Source of the DNA: Methanopyrus kandleri AV19
Lineage (GTDB): Archaea > JAADCQ01 > Methanopyri > Methanopyrales > Methanopyraceae
DNA length: 32,000 nucleotides
Reading direction: 5' to 3'
Assembly (NCBI RefSeq): GCF_000007185.1
Contig: NC_003551.1
Span: 1,290,001-1,322,000, forward strand
Shown: one piece after another, positions 8,182-16,913 of the stretch
Position numbering within the stretch: position 1 is the stretch's first letter
Layout of the letters: each line of letters opens with the position of its first letter
The notes under the pieces: generated by a model
What the model was told of the DNA's origin: nothing
What the model saw: the letters and a program-made list of their open reading frames with translations, nothing else
Databases searched by the model: none
Position numbers and translations under genes: made by a program

Positions 8182-9390
8182 TCAGTACCGAACCTCGCCG
8201 TACCCGTAGCCGGCGCACGTCCTGGCGCCGATACCCAGGCGCTCCACGCCGTACTTCAGGAGCCTCAGGGCGACGTCCAGCGACCCCCTCCGCTCCGAGA
8301 CCAGGACCGTGCGCCACCTGGAACCCCGCCGGACTGTCAGGAACTCGACGGGCTTGGGTCGCATCGACTCGTGGGGAGGCCCCTCTCCCTCGTAGTACTC
8401 GCCGTAGTGCGGGTTCAGGACGTCGACCTCGAGCGGCGAGTCGACGTCCCTCAACCAGTCCGGATCCGGGAGCGCGTCGTGGAAGGTCACCTCGCCGGCG
8501 CGCTTGGACTCCGATGCGTTCCCGTCGTCGGACTCTTTGGGTTCCGACTCCCTTGGCTTCGATCCGAACACCTCACGGAAGCGCTTCCGGGCCTGTCGGG
8601 TGTCGTCGGCCCCGAAGTACTTCCTCAGCTCGTCGGGGTCTCCGCGTTCGAGGATCAGCTCGCCGGCCGCGCGGGCCACGCCCTTGAGGGTCGTCCCCGG
8701 GATCACGGGCAGGCCGGTCACCGGGTCCAGGGTGAGGTCGTTCTCGGCCGGGTGCGGGCCGCCCATCCCCACGACCAGCCTGGAGTGCGGGAACCGGAGC
8801 TCGACCTCGCGGACCCTGAGGTGCGGGCTCCGGCCCAGCTCCCTCAGCGTCTTCAGGTAAGACCCGACGTACCCGCGGATCTCGTCGGAGCGGGCCGCTT
8901 TCTCCGCGGCGTCCACGACCCGTCTCAGGAGCCTTCGGACCTCCCGTCTGAGGTTCTCCTCCCCGTCACTCAGCGCCCGGAGGGCCAGCGTCCGTTTCTC
9001 GTGGTACGGGTGCGTCCGGACGCCCTCCTCGGGGACTAGGGACTCCTCCGCCGCCTCCGCGACCCTCCGGCGCAGTCTTTCCACGCGGTCGCGCCCCTCA
9101 TCCTCGGGCAACTCGCCGACGGCGGCCGCGTTCCGGGCCAGGTCGGCGAGCCGCGTGGCCAGTCTGTCGGCCCGGGGTAGACCTTCTCTCTCCAGCTCGC
9201 GTTCGATCCGGTCGAGCGGCAGCCTCGAGAGCGCCTCCCTCACGTCCTCCCGTTCCGCGAGCACCAGGGCGCCCGGCAGACCGTAGTACAGGAGGACCGA
9301 GCACAGGGTCGAGAGGTCACCCTTGAGCTCCTCGTCGACGTCCTCCCGGAGCCGCGACAGCAGGACGTTCTCCGGGGAACGCTCGCTCAT
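8182..9390 (-). CDS. cmr6: Cmr6 (type III-B RAMP subunit)
   Basis: ATG at 9390 overlaps the cmr4' stop as ATGA. A helical N-terminal ~210 aa is followed by RAMP motifs: 'RLVVGMGGPHPAENDLTLDPVTGLPVIPGTTLKGVARA', 'VLNPHYGEYY', and C-terminal 'LGIGARTCAGYGYG'. In the six-frame track this gene is the 3' part of the 694-aa ORF 8182..10266. Confidence 0.8.
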   Translation of the reverse strand: MSERSPENVLLSRLREDVDEELKGDLSTLCSVLLYYGLPGALVLAEREDVREALSRLPLDRIERELEREGLPRADRLATRLADLARNAAAVGELPEDEGRDRVERLRRRVAEAAEESLVPEEGVRTHPYHEKRTLALRALSDGEENLRREVRRLLRRVVDAAEKAARSDEIRGYVGSYLKTLRELGRSPHLRVREVELRFPHSRLVVGMGGPHPAENDLTLDPVTGLPVIPGTTLKGVARAAGELILERGDPDELRKYFGADDTRQARKRFREVFGSKPRESEPKESDDGNASESKRAGEVTFHDALPDPDWLRDVDSPLEVDVLNPHYGEYYEGEGPPHESMRPKPVEFLTVRRGSRWRTVLVSERRGSLDVALRLLKYGVERLGIGARTCAGYGYGEVRY

Positions 9391-10266
9391 CCCAGCTCCC
9401 CCTCGAAGTTCAACCGTAGGACGCCGAAGCCGACGGAACCGCCCGCGCCGAGCTGTACCGAGGTCACCCTCCGGAGGACCTCGAGCGCGCGCTCCTCGGT
9501 CGGACCCAGCGTGGACGCGTCGACCTCGTACGGTCCCGCGAGGAGGGTGAGCCTGGGGCAGGAACTCCTCGGTCCAGAGGGCGCCCTCCTCCACGGTCTT
9601 GTCCCACGGGCCACCCAGCCGGACGCGGGTGCGGAGCTCGGTGACGACGGGCCGGTCCGGGTCGAGGAGCCCGGCGAAGGTAGCGTCGTCGAGGATTAGG
9701 AGGCGGGAGTGCAGCGGTAGCTTCCACGGTCCCGGGACGACCAGCTCGTCCGCGACGCCGTCGACTTTCCCGTTCCTGCGGACCACGAGCTCGCGGTGCT
9801 CCAGCACCACGCGCTCCGCGGGGAAGCCCGAGGGCGCGAGCGCCTCCCCGTCGGGCTCGGGCGCCTCGACGCCGATCCAATCCAGGACGTAGGGACAGGT
9901 GAGCCAGACGAGGGGCGTCGTTTTACCACCCTCCAGCGCGACGGGCGCGGGGACGGCCACGGGCAGGAGGTCCCCGAACGTCACCGCGCCCTTGGTGTCT
10001 CGGTCGCCGAAGAGCACCCGCAGGGCGCGCTCCCGCCGCTCCTCGGTGTCCTCACCCAGATCGCGCAGGATCTCATCGACCAGGTCGTCCGGCTTCTCCA
10101 GCTCGGCCTCGACGTGGGTCCTCAGCGCTCCCTTCACGGAGCTCCCCGGGACGTAAGGTACGCGGGTGTGCCTGCGCCGGATCAGCGGGAGGTCGATCGC
10201 GCCGGGTCGCCCACCAGTGCCCACTCGGGTGGGGGTCACCGTGAGGGCCCAGAGCCGGTTCTCCAA
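9387..10266 (-). CDS. cmr4: Cmr4-family RAMP paralogue (cmr4'), frameshifted as sequenced
   Basis: TTG start. The N-terminus 'LTVTPTRVGTGGRPGAIDLPLIRRRHTRVPYVPGSSVKGALR' is a Cmr4/Cas7 signature that includes the catalytic Asp context. The frame is lost after '...GALWTEEFLP'. The Cmr4 C-terminus 'LTLLAGPYEV...VQLGAGGSVGFGVLRL' continues in the +1 frame (ORF 9387..9614). The length is 880 nt (3n+1), consistent with one extra base near the CCCC run at 9555-9558. Confidence 0.75.
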
Positions 10267-10272
10267 GGGTGT

Positions 10273-11404
10273 TCACCCCGCCGATTTCGACACCCTCACG
10301 CGGCTCTCGGTTACTTCGATCCCGTGGCGCTCGACGCCGCGGAACGACCGGCGTAGCGTCCTCTCGAGAGCGTTCTCGACCCTCTTCCGATCCCCCTCCT
10401 CGACCACGACGGTCCCGTTCCCGGGGTGCAGCTTCCCTAACCACAGCAGCAGGACGGAGACCACGTAGCGACCGCGGTTCACGCCGTCGAGCTCGACCGG
10501 CGTCACGGAGAGGAGGAGCGGGGATCGCAGCAGCCAGGGGACCCCCGGCGTCGCTCGAACCTAGCAGCCACCGGAGCTCCTCGTTCGAGTTCTCGAACCT
10601 CTCGTTCCGGAGCCTCCGACGGGCCTCCCTGAGCGTGCCCCCCAGACGGTCCAGGAGTTTATCGACGCGCTGCTTCCTCCACTCGAACGTCCAGAGGGTG
10701 GCGCGACGGAAGCTCGGGAAGGATTCCACGGGCCCCGAGGTACCGTCGGAGCGTTCCGCGATCAGTTCCCTGAGATCGTCCAGGCACCCGCGGAGCCTAT
10801 CGACGAAGTCGTCGGTACCCTCCACGCGGGTGGACAGGTCGTCGGCCCGGACCTCGAAGCACCCGAAGGCGCGCCTGAACCGCCGGCCGTACCCACCGAT
10901 CAGGGACAGCAGCTCCAGGGAGAGCTTCGCAACCTCGAGTGCGTCTTCTCGGAGGCCGGTCAGCTCGAGCTCGAAGGTCGCTCCGGCCCGGATCACGAGA
11001 GGTTGCTCTTCACGTCGACCGCGCAGGTAGATGGGCGGGCATAGATAGCACCGGTTGTCGACCCGAAGTCGACCGTCTTCGTCGATCGTGATGCGGTATC
11101 GCCTTCGACGCCTCGCACACCGGCCACCCTCCTCGACGTCGTCCTCACCCACGCCCCTCCTCAGCCGCACCGAGACCGGGGAGGGTCGGAGGTCCTTCCC
11201 CTCCGACGGTCTGCCGCCCCAGAACTCGGCCTCGACGCGGCGGAGCCCGTCCCCGTCCAGGAAGGAGGCCGCGACGGCCCGGAACGCCCACCTGAACTGT
11301 CCCCTGAGCTCCGGGGGTCGGGGGAGCGGTCCGTCCCGGTCGTACCTCACCTGCGAGGTGATCGCGGGCGTGGCGAAGGTGCACCCGACGGTCAGGGTCC
11401 TCAA
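10273..11404 (-). CDS. cmr1: Cmr1 (type III-B RAMP subunit), frameshifted as sequenced
   Basis: TTG start. Signatures are 'CTFATPAITSQ...ELRGQFRWAFRAV' and 'LIGGYGRRFRRAFGCFEV' (G-rich loop). The frame is lost after '...EELRWLLGSSDAG'. The C-terminus 'PWLLRSPLLLSVTPVELDG...RYVVSVLLLW' continues in the +1 frame (ORF 10273..10506). The length is 1132 nt (3n+1). The shift lies in the GGGGG-T-CCCC run (plus-strand 10537-10546). Confidence 0.75.
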
Positions 11405-11474
11405 CCGCGGCCCCGGTCCGCCGCCGGGGATAGCTTTGATAAAGTTAATTCAGGGAGAGTGGCGAGGCGCCGGG
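11405..11474. promoter_or_regulatory. bidirectional promoter region between cmr1 and cas10
   Basis: This is the only AT-rich island (ATAGCTTTGATAAAGTTAATTC, about 11430-11451) in an otherwise GC-rich 70-bp gap between the divergent start codons (TTG 11404 on minus, GTG 11475 on plus). TATA-like elements sit roughly 25-40 nt from each start. Confidence 0.55.
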
Positions 11475-13472
11475 GTGAGCCGGGTGCCGAAGCTGGTCAC
11501 CGTGCGCCTACGGCCGTCCGGCGGCATCAAGACCTGGCTCCGGGGTCGTAAACTGGCGGACTCCCTCGCGGCGAGTTGGTTGCTAGGCTACCTGGTTTAC
11601 CGCGTGTACGAGCGGCTGTGCCGTAGGCTGGACGTCGAGAGGGTCCTCCGACCCGTCCTACCGGGGAATCACCCCTTCGAGAAGAAGCCGGATAACCTGG
11701 AGCCGTGGGAGACGCGCGGGTGCGTGATGCCGGACGCCGTCGAGCTGGTCGTGGACGGCGACGTGAGCGCGGAGGAGGTCGCCCGCATCGCCCGGGAGAC
11801 CGTGGAGGACGTGCTGGAGGACGTCTTGAAGCGCGGCCGCGAGACCCCCTGGAGGTGTCATAACGTCAGCCTGTACGAGCCGCTCGAGGACTGGTGGGAG
11901 CGCACGTCCGGGAGGTCCGCGGCGAGGGTCGAGCTCCCGCCCGGCCTGATCCAGGTCTCCGCGGCCGTCGTGGACCTGGAGGAGCCAGACGACGAAGAAG
12001 CGTACCGGGAGGCCGTCCGCCGCGTCGCGAGCCTCGTCGGGACGCGGGCCGAGGTGATGGACGCGAGGGGATCCGGGGGTCAGCCCTGCAGCGTCTGCGG
12101 TACGTACCCGACCGTGGGAGATCGTGAGTTCTGGGAGGAGCTCTCGGAGCGGCTCCCTCCCCAGCTCCTGAAGCGGTGGGAGGGCGGCTTCGAGCGCCTC
12201 TGCGCCGCGTGCCTGCTCAAGCGCTACTTCGGGACGCACGTGATACGCTCCTGGTACCTGGAGAAGATCTCCTGGATCCCGTCCACGGCCGAGGTCGCGA
12301 TCACCCCGGTCAAGGTCGGGATACTGAACAGGTGGGAGGAGCTCAAGGACGACGGGGGCTTCCGAGAGGCTGCCCTCGGGTTTCTGAGGGAAGTGCTACC
12401 GGAGCAGCTGCGGCAGATCGCCCACTACCTCAGGTGCGTCAAGGAGGTGGATCGGGCGGGGGAGCTCGAGGAGGCCGCCAAGGACCTGAAGAGGGACCGC
12501 CTGGAGCCCGAAGGGCTACCGGAGGACGTGAGGAAGGAACTCCACCGGCTGACCCCCAAGGCGCCCAGACTGGACGAGGAGCTGGGGGACGTCGAGGATT
12601 CCCTGATCGAGGTCCTCCTCTGCGTCGAGGGCAGGTTCTGGTACGATCCCGAGGCCCCGGGGGGACTGAGGGAGCTGCTCGAGGCCGGCGACCTGGAGAA
12701 CCTCTACACCCCGTACTACGCCCTCCTGAAGCTGGACGGCGACCGCATGGGCGAGCTCTTCTCGCGGGACCCGGAGACGACCCGCGGGGCCTCCCGGGCC
12801 ACGATCGAGTTCGGCCTGAAGGCGATGAGAATCGTGCACGGGCACTACGGGGTCCTCCTGTACTGCGGGGGCGACGACGTCTTCGCGGCGCTCCCCCTGC
12901 ACACGGCCCTCGACTGCGCGTTCGAGCTCGAGGAAACCTTCCGGGAGAGCCTGAAGAAGTGGAAGGGGACCTGCAGCGCCGGGCTGGCCGTCGTCCACCA
13001 CCTCCACCCGCTCCGGGACGCGATCGACCTGGCGTACCGGCTCGAGAAGAGGGCTAAGGAGGCCGGCAGGAACCGGCTCGCGGTAGGACTGTACCGGAGG
13101 AACGCCCCGGAGCGGGTCGCGGTCCTGAAGTGGGAGGCCGACGGGAAACGCCCCTGGGGGCTACTGTTCGAGCTCGCGGACCTCGTCTCCAGGAGGGCCG
13201 CGTACCACCTGCCGCGGGACTGGTGGGAGGGCTGGTGGGAGGAGCTCGACGAGCCGAAGAACCTGCTCCGCTCGCTGCTCGGGTACGTGGCGCTGAGGCA
13301 CCGAGGTGAGGGCGCCGACGAGGGTGAGATCGTCGGGCTCGTGGAGAGGATCGCCGAGGTCGTCGGGAAGGCCGGACCCGAGGACGGCGACCCGGGCGCG
13401 GAGGTGGGTCGCGCGCTGGAGATCGCCCTCGAGCTCCGCTCGGAGTGCCCGGCCGGGGGTAACGGGGGTTGA
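11475..13472 (+). CDS. cas10: Cas10/Cmr2 without an HD domain (GGDD cyclase motif intact)
   Basis: GTG 11475 (or 11484) is in frame with ORF 11055..13472; the upstream part of that ORF is antisense to cmr1 and then crosses the promoter gap. Motifs: 'KLADSLAASWLL', zinc finger 'CSVCG...CAAC', 'LLKLDGDRMGELF', 'LLYCGGDDVFAALP'. About 665 aa. There is no room for an N-terminal HD domain. Confidence 0.85.
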   Translation: MSRVPKLVTVRLRPSGGIKTWLRGRKLADSLAASWLLGYLVYRVYERLCRRLDVERVLRPVLPGNHPFEKKPDNLEPWETRGCVMPDAVELVVDGDVSAEEVARIARETVEDVLEDVLKRGRETPWRCHNVSLYEPLEDWWERTSGRSAARVELPPGLIQVSAAVVDLEEPDDEEAYREAVRRVASLVGTRAEVMDARGSGGQPCSVCGTYPTVGDREFWEELSERLPPQLLKRWEGGFERLCAACLLKRYFGTHVIRSWYLEKISWIPSTAEVAITPVKVGILNRWEELKDDGGFREAALGFLREVLPEQLRQIAHYLRCVKEVDRAGELEEAAKDLKRDRLEPEGLPEDVRKELHRLTPKAPRLDEELGDVEDSLIEVLLCVEGRFWYDPEAPGGLRELLEAGDLENLYTPYYALLKLDGDRMGELFSRDPETTRGASRATIEFGLKAMRIVHGHYGVLLYCGGDDVFAALPLHTALDCAFELEETFRESLKKWKGTCSAGLAVVHHLHPLRDAIDLAYRLEKRAKEAGRNRLAVGLYRRNAPERVAVLKWEADGKRPWGLLFELADLVSRRAAYHLPRDWWEGWWEELDEPKNLLRSLLGYVALRHRGEGADEGEIVGLVERIAEVVGKAGPEDGDPGAEVGRALEIALELRSECPAGGNGG

Positions 13473-14803
13473 CCGCGCGCCACGTGGCGGTCGGGTTCCT
13501 GGTCCTGCCTCAGGACCGCGCGTTCTTCCGCAGGCCCGAGCCATTCAGGGCCGCGGCCGAGTCGGTGGCGGAGTCGGAGGGTCCCAAGCCCTGGACCGTG
13601 GCCGGCTGCGTCCGCAACGCGCTCCTGGAGGTCACCGACGGGGACCTCGGGGAGGTCCTGGAGTACCCGCGGAAGCTCGTCAGGTCGGCCCCGCCCGGGT
13701 CGATCGGGGAGGCCCTGGGGGAGACGGCCCTCTTCCTCGGGACCTGGGTCGTCGAGGTGCGGCCCGGGGCGCCCGACCGGCTCGAGCGCGTCTGGTGGCC
13801 GTGCCCCGCCCACCTGGCGAGGTACGAGCCCGAAAGTGGGGGCGAGGCCGTCGACCTGCTGAGGGTCGAGGAGGTCGGGGACGCGGCGATCGCGTTCTCG
13901 GGTCACGACGAAGCACTCCGCCGCCGGTACGGGTTCATGACGCCGAAACCCCCGAGGCCCGGCTCGGACGTCGAGACCCCCGGGCGCTACGTCGACACGG
14001 GAACGATCTCGAAGATCCTCGCGGGAAGGACGCCCGCGAGAAGGACGCCGGACCTCGAGGACAACGTCGCGGGACCCGGGGAACTCCTGCGTCCCGAGCT
14101 CCACGTCGGCGTCAAGCTGGTCGGGCTCAAGACCGCGGACGAGGGCTACCTGTACGCCGCGAGGTTCCTCAGACCGGGCAGGTCCCCGGTGGACGGGGGT
14201 AGTCTCGTCGGGTTCCTCACGGTCCTGGCGGTGCCCGAGGACGCGTGGGACGACGGGGTACTGGAGGACCTCCCCTCCCCGGGCGGCCGACTCGGCCGGG
14301 GACGGCACGCGTGGGTGATCCCGCTCCGCGCGGGGGACTGGTCGGACGACGTCTTCCCCGAGGTGGAGGAACCGGAGGGGGACCTCCCGGGCCTGTACCT
14401 CGAGACCCCGACCCCGTTCCCGGAGGGTGACGTCCGGTCCTCCTCCCCGGGCGACCGCCTGAAGGCAGAGGCCGTCCTCGTGAGACCCGGGAGCCCAAGA
14501 GATCGCGTCCTCCAGGTCGAGCTCGAGGTCTCGGAGGTGGAGTCCGAGGTACTGGCCGACCGGGTGATCGAGACCCGCCGCGTCTCGACGTGGTCCGGTA
14601 AGCGCGCCTCCCCTGACCACCTGGCCGCCGCCGAGGGAACCGTGCTCGCGCTCGGGAAGCTCGACGTCGACCCCGGCACGCCCCTGCTCCTCTTCCCCAG
14701 GATGGGGGATGAAGACAGAGAGCTGCTCGCCTCCAGGCTCGCGTTCCACCTCTCCGGCGTGGGTACGGCCTACGCCCTGAGCCTACCGGGGGTGAGCCCG
14801 TGA
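13469..14803 (+). CDS. cmr3: Cmr3
   Basis: The TTG start overlaps the cas10 stop (TTGA). Motifs: 'LPQDRAFFRRPEPF...PWTVAGCVRNALL' and 'ELHVGVKLVGLKTADEGYLYAARFL', with a C-terminal Gly-rich end. The gene-order position is as expected for cmr3. Confidence 0.75.
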   Translation: MTARHVAVGFLVLPQDRAFFRRPEPFRAAAESVAESEGPKPWTVAGCVRNALLEVTDGDLGEVLEYPRKLVRSAPPGSIGEALGETALFLGTWVVEVRPGAPDRLERVWWPCPAHLARYEPESGGEAVDLLRVEEVGDAAIAFSGHDEALRRRYGFMTPKPPRPGSDVETPGRYVDTGTISKILAGRTPARRTPDLEDNVAGPGELLRPELHVGVKLVGLKTADEGYLYAARFLRPGRSPVDGGSLVGFLTVLAVPEDAWDDGVLEDLPSPGGRLGRGRHAWVIPLRAGDWSDDVFPEVEEPEGDLPGLYLETPTPFPEGDVRSSSPGDRLKAEAVLVRPGSPRDRVLQVELEVSEVESEVLADRVIETRRVSTWSGKRASPDHLAAAEGTVLALGKLDVDPGTPLLLFPRMGDEDRELLASRLAFHLSGVGTAYALSLPGVSP

Positions 14804-15828
14804 CGGACGCCCTCCCGTACTTCCTCGTGTGCCGGACGCCGACGAGGGCGGGTGCGGGTCAGCGGGCGACGGACGTGATCGACCTACCCCTCCAGCGCGA
14901 GGCGCACACGAAGCTCCCCGTGATCTACGGCTCCACGCTGAAGGGCGCCCTCCGCCACGCGACGCTCCGGAAACTCTCCGAGGAGCTCGACGGGGAGACC
15001 TCCGAGGGGCTCGTCGACGCGGTCTTCGGGGACAGACCCGGCGAGGGTAGCCCGTCACCGGGCGTCGTCGCCTTCAGCGACGCCGTCCTCCTGGCCATGC
15101 CCGTGAGGTGCGAGCCCGGCTTCCTGGCCTGGGTGACCTCACCGTACCAGCTCGGTAGGCTGTACGAGGTCCTGGAGCTGACCGGGGAGCTGGAGGACCT
15201 CCGGGAGGCCGTCGAGGAGGTCCTGAACGACTGTAAGGACCCGCGGGGGAACGGTGCCCTCGCGCCCGAGGAGGGCACTCTCCTACTCGACAGGATCAGG
15301 GTGAGGGCGGAGGCCAGCGACGCCGTCGGGGATCTCGCCGGGGTGCTCTCGGAGACGGTGTTCGAGGGCGCGCCCGAGCCCCACTTCCGGCGCTACGTGG
15401 AGGAACGGCTCGTGGTCCTGGGCGACGGCGCGTTCGCGGACCTCGTCAACTCGTGCACGGAGCGCGTCGTCCGCGTCCGGCTCAACGAGGAGAAGACCGT
15501 GGAACAGGGCCCCTGGTACGAGGAACGCGTGCCCGAGGGGACCGTCTTCTTCGGCACGCTGAACGTGCGGCACGACACCGTACCGCCCAAAAACGGCGTC
15601 GACGCCCGGAAGGTGCTGTTCGGGAGGTGGGAACCGGACGGCGTGCCCGACGGGGACGACAGGAAGTTGGAGGCCCTCAAGGAGGCCGCCGGGGAGCTGG
15701 AGGCGGGCGTGCTCGGGGCGGTCGCCGACGGGAGCGGGGACGGCTACCTGGACCTCCGGTTCCAGGTCGGGGGCAGCGAGACGGTGGGCTTCGGTCTCGT
15801 ACGTCTCAGGCAGTTCGTGGGGGAGTGA
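14800..15828 (+). CDS. cmr4: Cmr4 (backbone RAMP subunit), intact
   Basis: The GTG start overlaps the cmr3 stop (GTGA). Motifs: 'VCRTPTRAGAGQRATDVIDLPLQREAHTKLPVIYGSTLKGALRHA', 'EQGPWYEERVPEGTVFFG', and C-terminal 'FQVGGSETVGFGLVRL'. Confidence 0.85.
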   Translation: MTDALPYFLVCRTPTRAGAGQRATDVIDLPLQREAHTKLPVIYGSTLKGALRHATLRKLSEELDGETSEGLVDAVFGDRPGEGSPSPGVVAFSDAVLLAMPVRCEPGFLAWVTSPYQLGRLYEVLELTGELEDLREAVEEVLNDCKDPRGNGALAPEEGTLLLDRIRVRAEASDAVGDLAGVLSETVFEGAPEPHFRRYVEERLVVLGDGAFADLVNSCTERVVRVRLNEEKTVEQGPWYEERVPEGTVFFGTLNVRHDTVPPKNGVDARKVLFGRWEPDGVPDGDDRKLEALKEAAGELEAGVLGAVADGSGDGYLDLRFQVGGSETVGFGLVRLRQFVGE

Positions 15829-15831
15829 GCG

Positions 15832-16332
15832 GTGACCGTGACCCCGTTCCGGTGGGCCGTCGAGTGCGTGAGGGATGTGGAGCGGCTGACGGGCACGGTC
15901 TGGAAGGACTCCGACGACCCGTTGGAGACGTACTACAAGCGCGCCACGAGGGCCGCCGTGATGGTGCTCGAGGAGGGCCTCCCCCTGACCCTCGCGTTCA
16001 TGGCCTCCCGGGGATCGAAGGACCCCGGCACCCTGCTGGCCTACCACCTCGCCATGTACCTCAACCACGTCGTGTTCGCCGACGAGCCCGAGTGGTCGGA
16101 GCTCAGGGAGGAGTGCTTCGGCCGGTTCGACGACGTCGACGAGGACGAGATCGCGGAGAAGGTCGGAGAGTACGTCCGGGACGAGGTCAGGGAGGCCCTG
16201 GTGGAGCTGGCCGGGAAGGAGGGCACCCTCGAGATGCGCTACGCCGAGTCACGGGCGCTCGAACTGCTCAACGTGATCAAGCGCGTGGCCGAGGGTTGGC
16301 ACAAGGTGTCGAGGTTCGGGGGCGGGGATTGA
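15832..16332 (+). CDS. cmr5: Cmr5 (small subunit)
   Basis: 166-aa helical protein starting 4 nt after cmr4. 'YYKRATRAAVMVLEEGLPLTLAFMASRG' and 'LEMRYAESRALELLNVIKRVAEG' fit the Cmr5 pattern. Confidence 0.75.
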   Translation: MTVTPFRWAVECVRDVERLTGTVWKDSDDPLETYYKRATRAAVMVLEEGLPLTLAFMASRGSKDPGTLLAYHLAMYLNHVVFADEPEWSELREECFGRFDDVDEDEIAEKVGEYVRDEVREALVELAGKEGTLEMRYAESRALELLNVIKRVAEGWHKVSRFGGGD

Positions 16333-16383
16333 TCCCACCTTTCACCCGTCTTTCTTATGAGATATCATCGAAGATTATAGTAT

Positions 16384-16913
16384 CATCTCGTACTGGTTTT
16401 TCATAGGGTTAACTTACTTGGTGGAAATGCGGGTTCTTCCCCGTAGGAGACGGTCGTTCCGGGGCGCTTGAGTATGAAGTATTACCACTTCTACTCATAC
16501 TTATCAATACTGGTAATGGTTTTTCCTGAAGCCCAAAATATGCACTTTAATAGTGCGAGTTTTGCATCTTATTTCAATTCGAAGAGATGACGATTCTAAC
16601 CGTTAGCAAAGAATTATAGTTCTTACAAGATATCAAAGCTATCTGTAGGCACTATGTAATTATTACTTCATTAAGTTAACTCATTAATTACTCATCAGGA
16701 GAAACTATAACTTTCGGTATTACCGATGTTGTATATTAAACTTTTGACTAAAGGGAAACAGATTAGTATCGGATTTTAGTATGATTAAGTGTTCAGCGGA
16801 ATCGGGGTAATCTTTAAATAGGACCGGTACGCCAGCCCTAGTGGGTAAGGGATAGGGAATCTCCTCGGTGGTTTCGGAGTGTAAAGGGTGATCCTCCGGA
16901 AGAACCGCCTGCC
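16384..16913 (+). promoter_or_regulatory. CRISPR leader 2 (about 530 bp), inverted copy of leader 1
   Basis: Homologous to the reverse complement of 7618-8147. TTTAAATA at 16813-16820 lies 94 nt upstream of the first repeat. T5 tracts at 16397-16401 and 16520-16524 follow the cmr5 stop. Confidence 0.8.

Noticed and set aside
8182-10266. 694-aa ORF read as a single RAMP fusion protein, and the 443-aa ORF 10073..11404 read as a single protein.
   Set aside because: The middle of each ORF (for example 'QAHPPRGTVRGRRVHAGSDRGARARG...' and 'GGPLAAAIPAPPLRDAGRARRREPRS...') is out-of-frame-looking Arg/Pro/Gly filler. The missing Cmr4 and Cmr1 C-termini are found in the +1 frame. An ATGA-coupled start for cmr6 lies at 9390. 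The ORFs are better explained as cmr4' + cmr6 and a frameshifted cmr1.
12845-14749. 634-aa minus-strand ORF antisense to cas10/cmr3. The 636-aa ORF 24633..26543 and many other 100-400-aa Arg/Gly/Pro-rich ORFs are of the same kind (for example 3343..4053, 15283..16068, 18867..19883, 26258..27646, 29789..30994).
   Set aside because: These are shadow ORFs typical of high-GC DNA. They have low-complexity R/G/P/E composition, no motifs, and fully overlap genes with strong family signatures on the other strand or frame.
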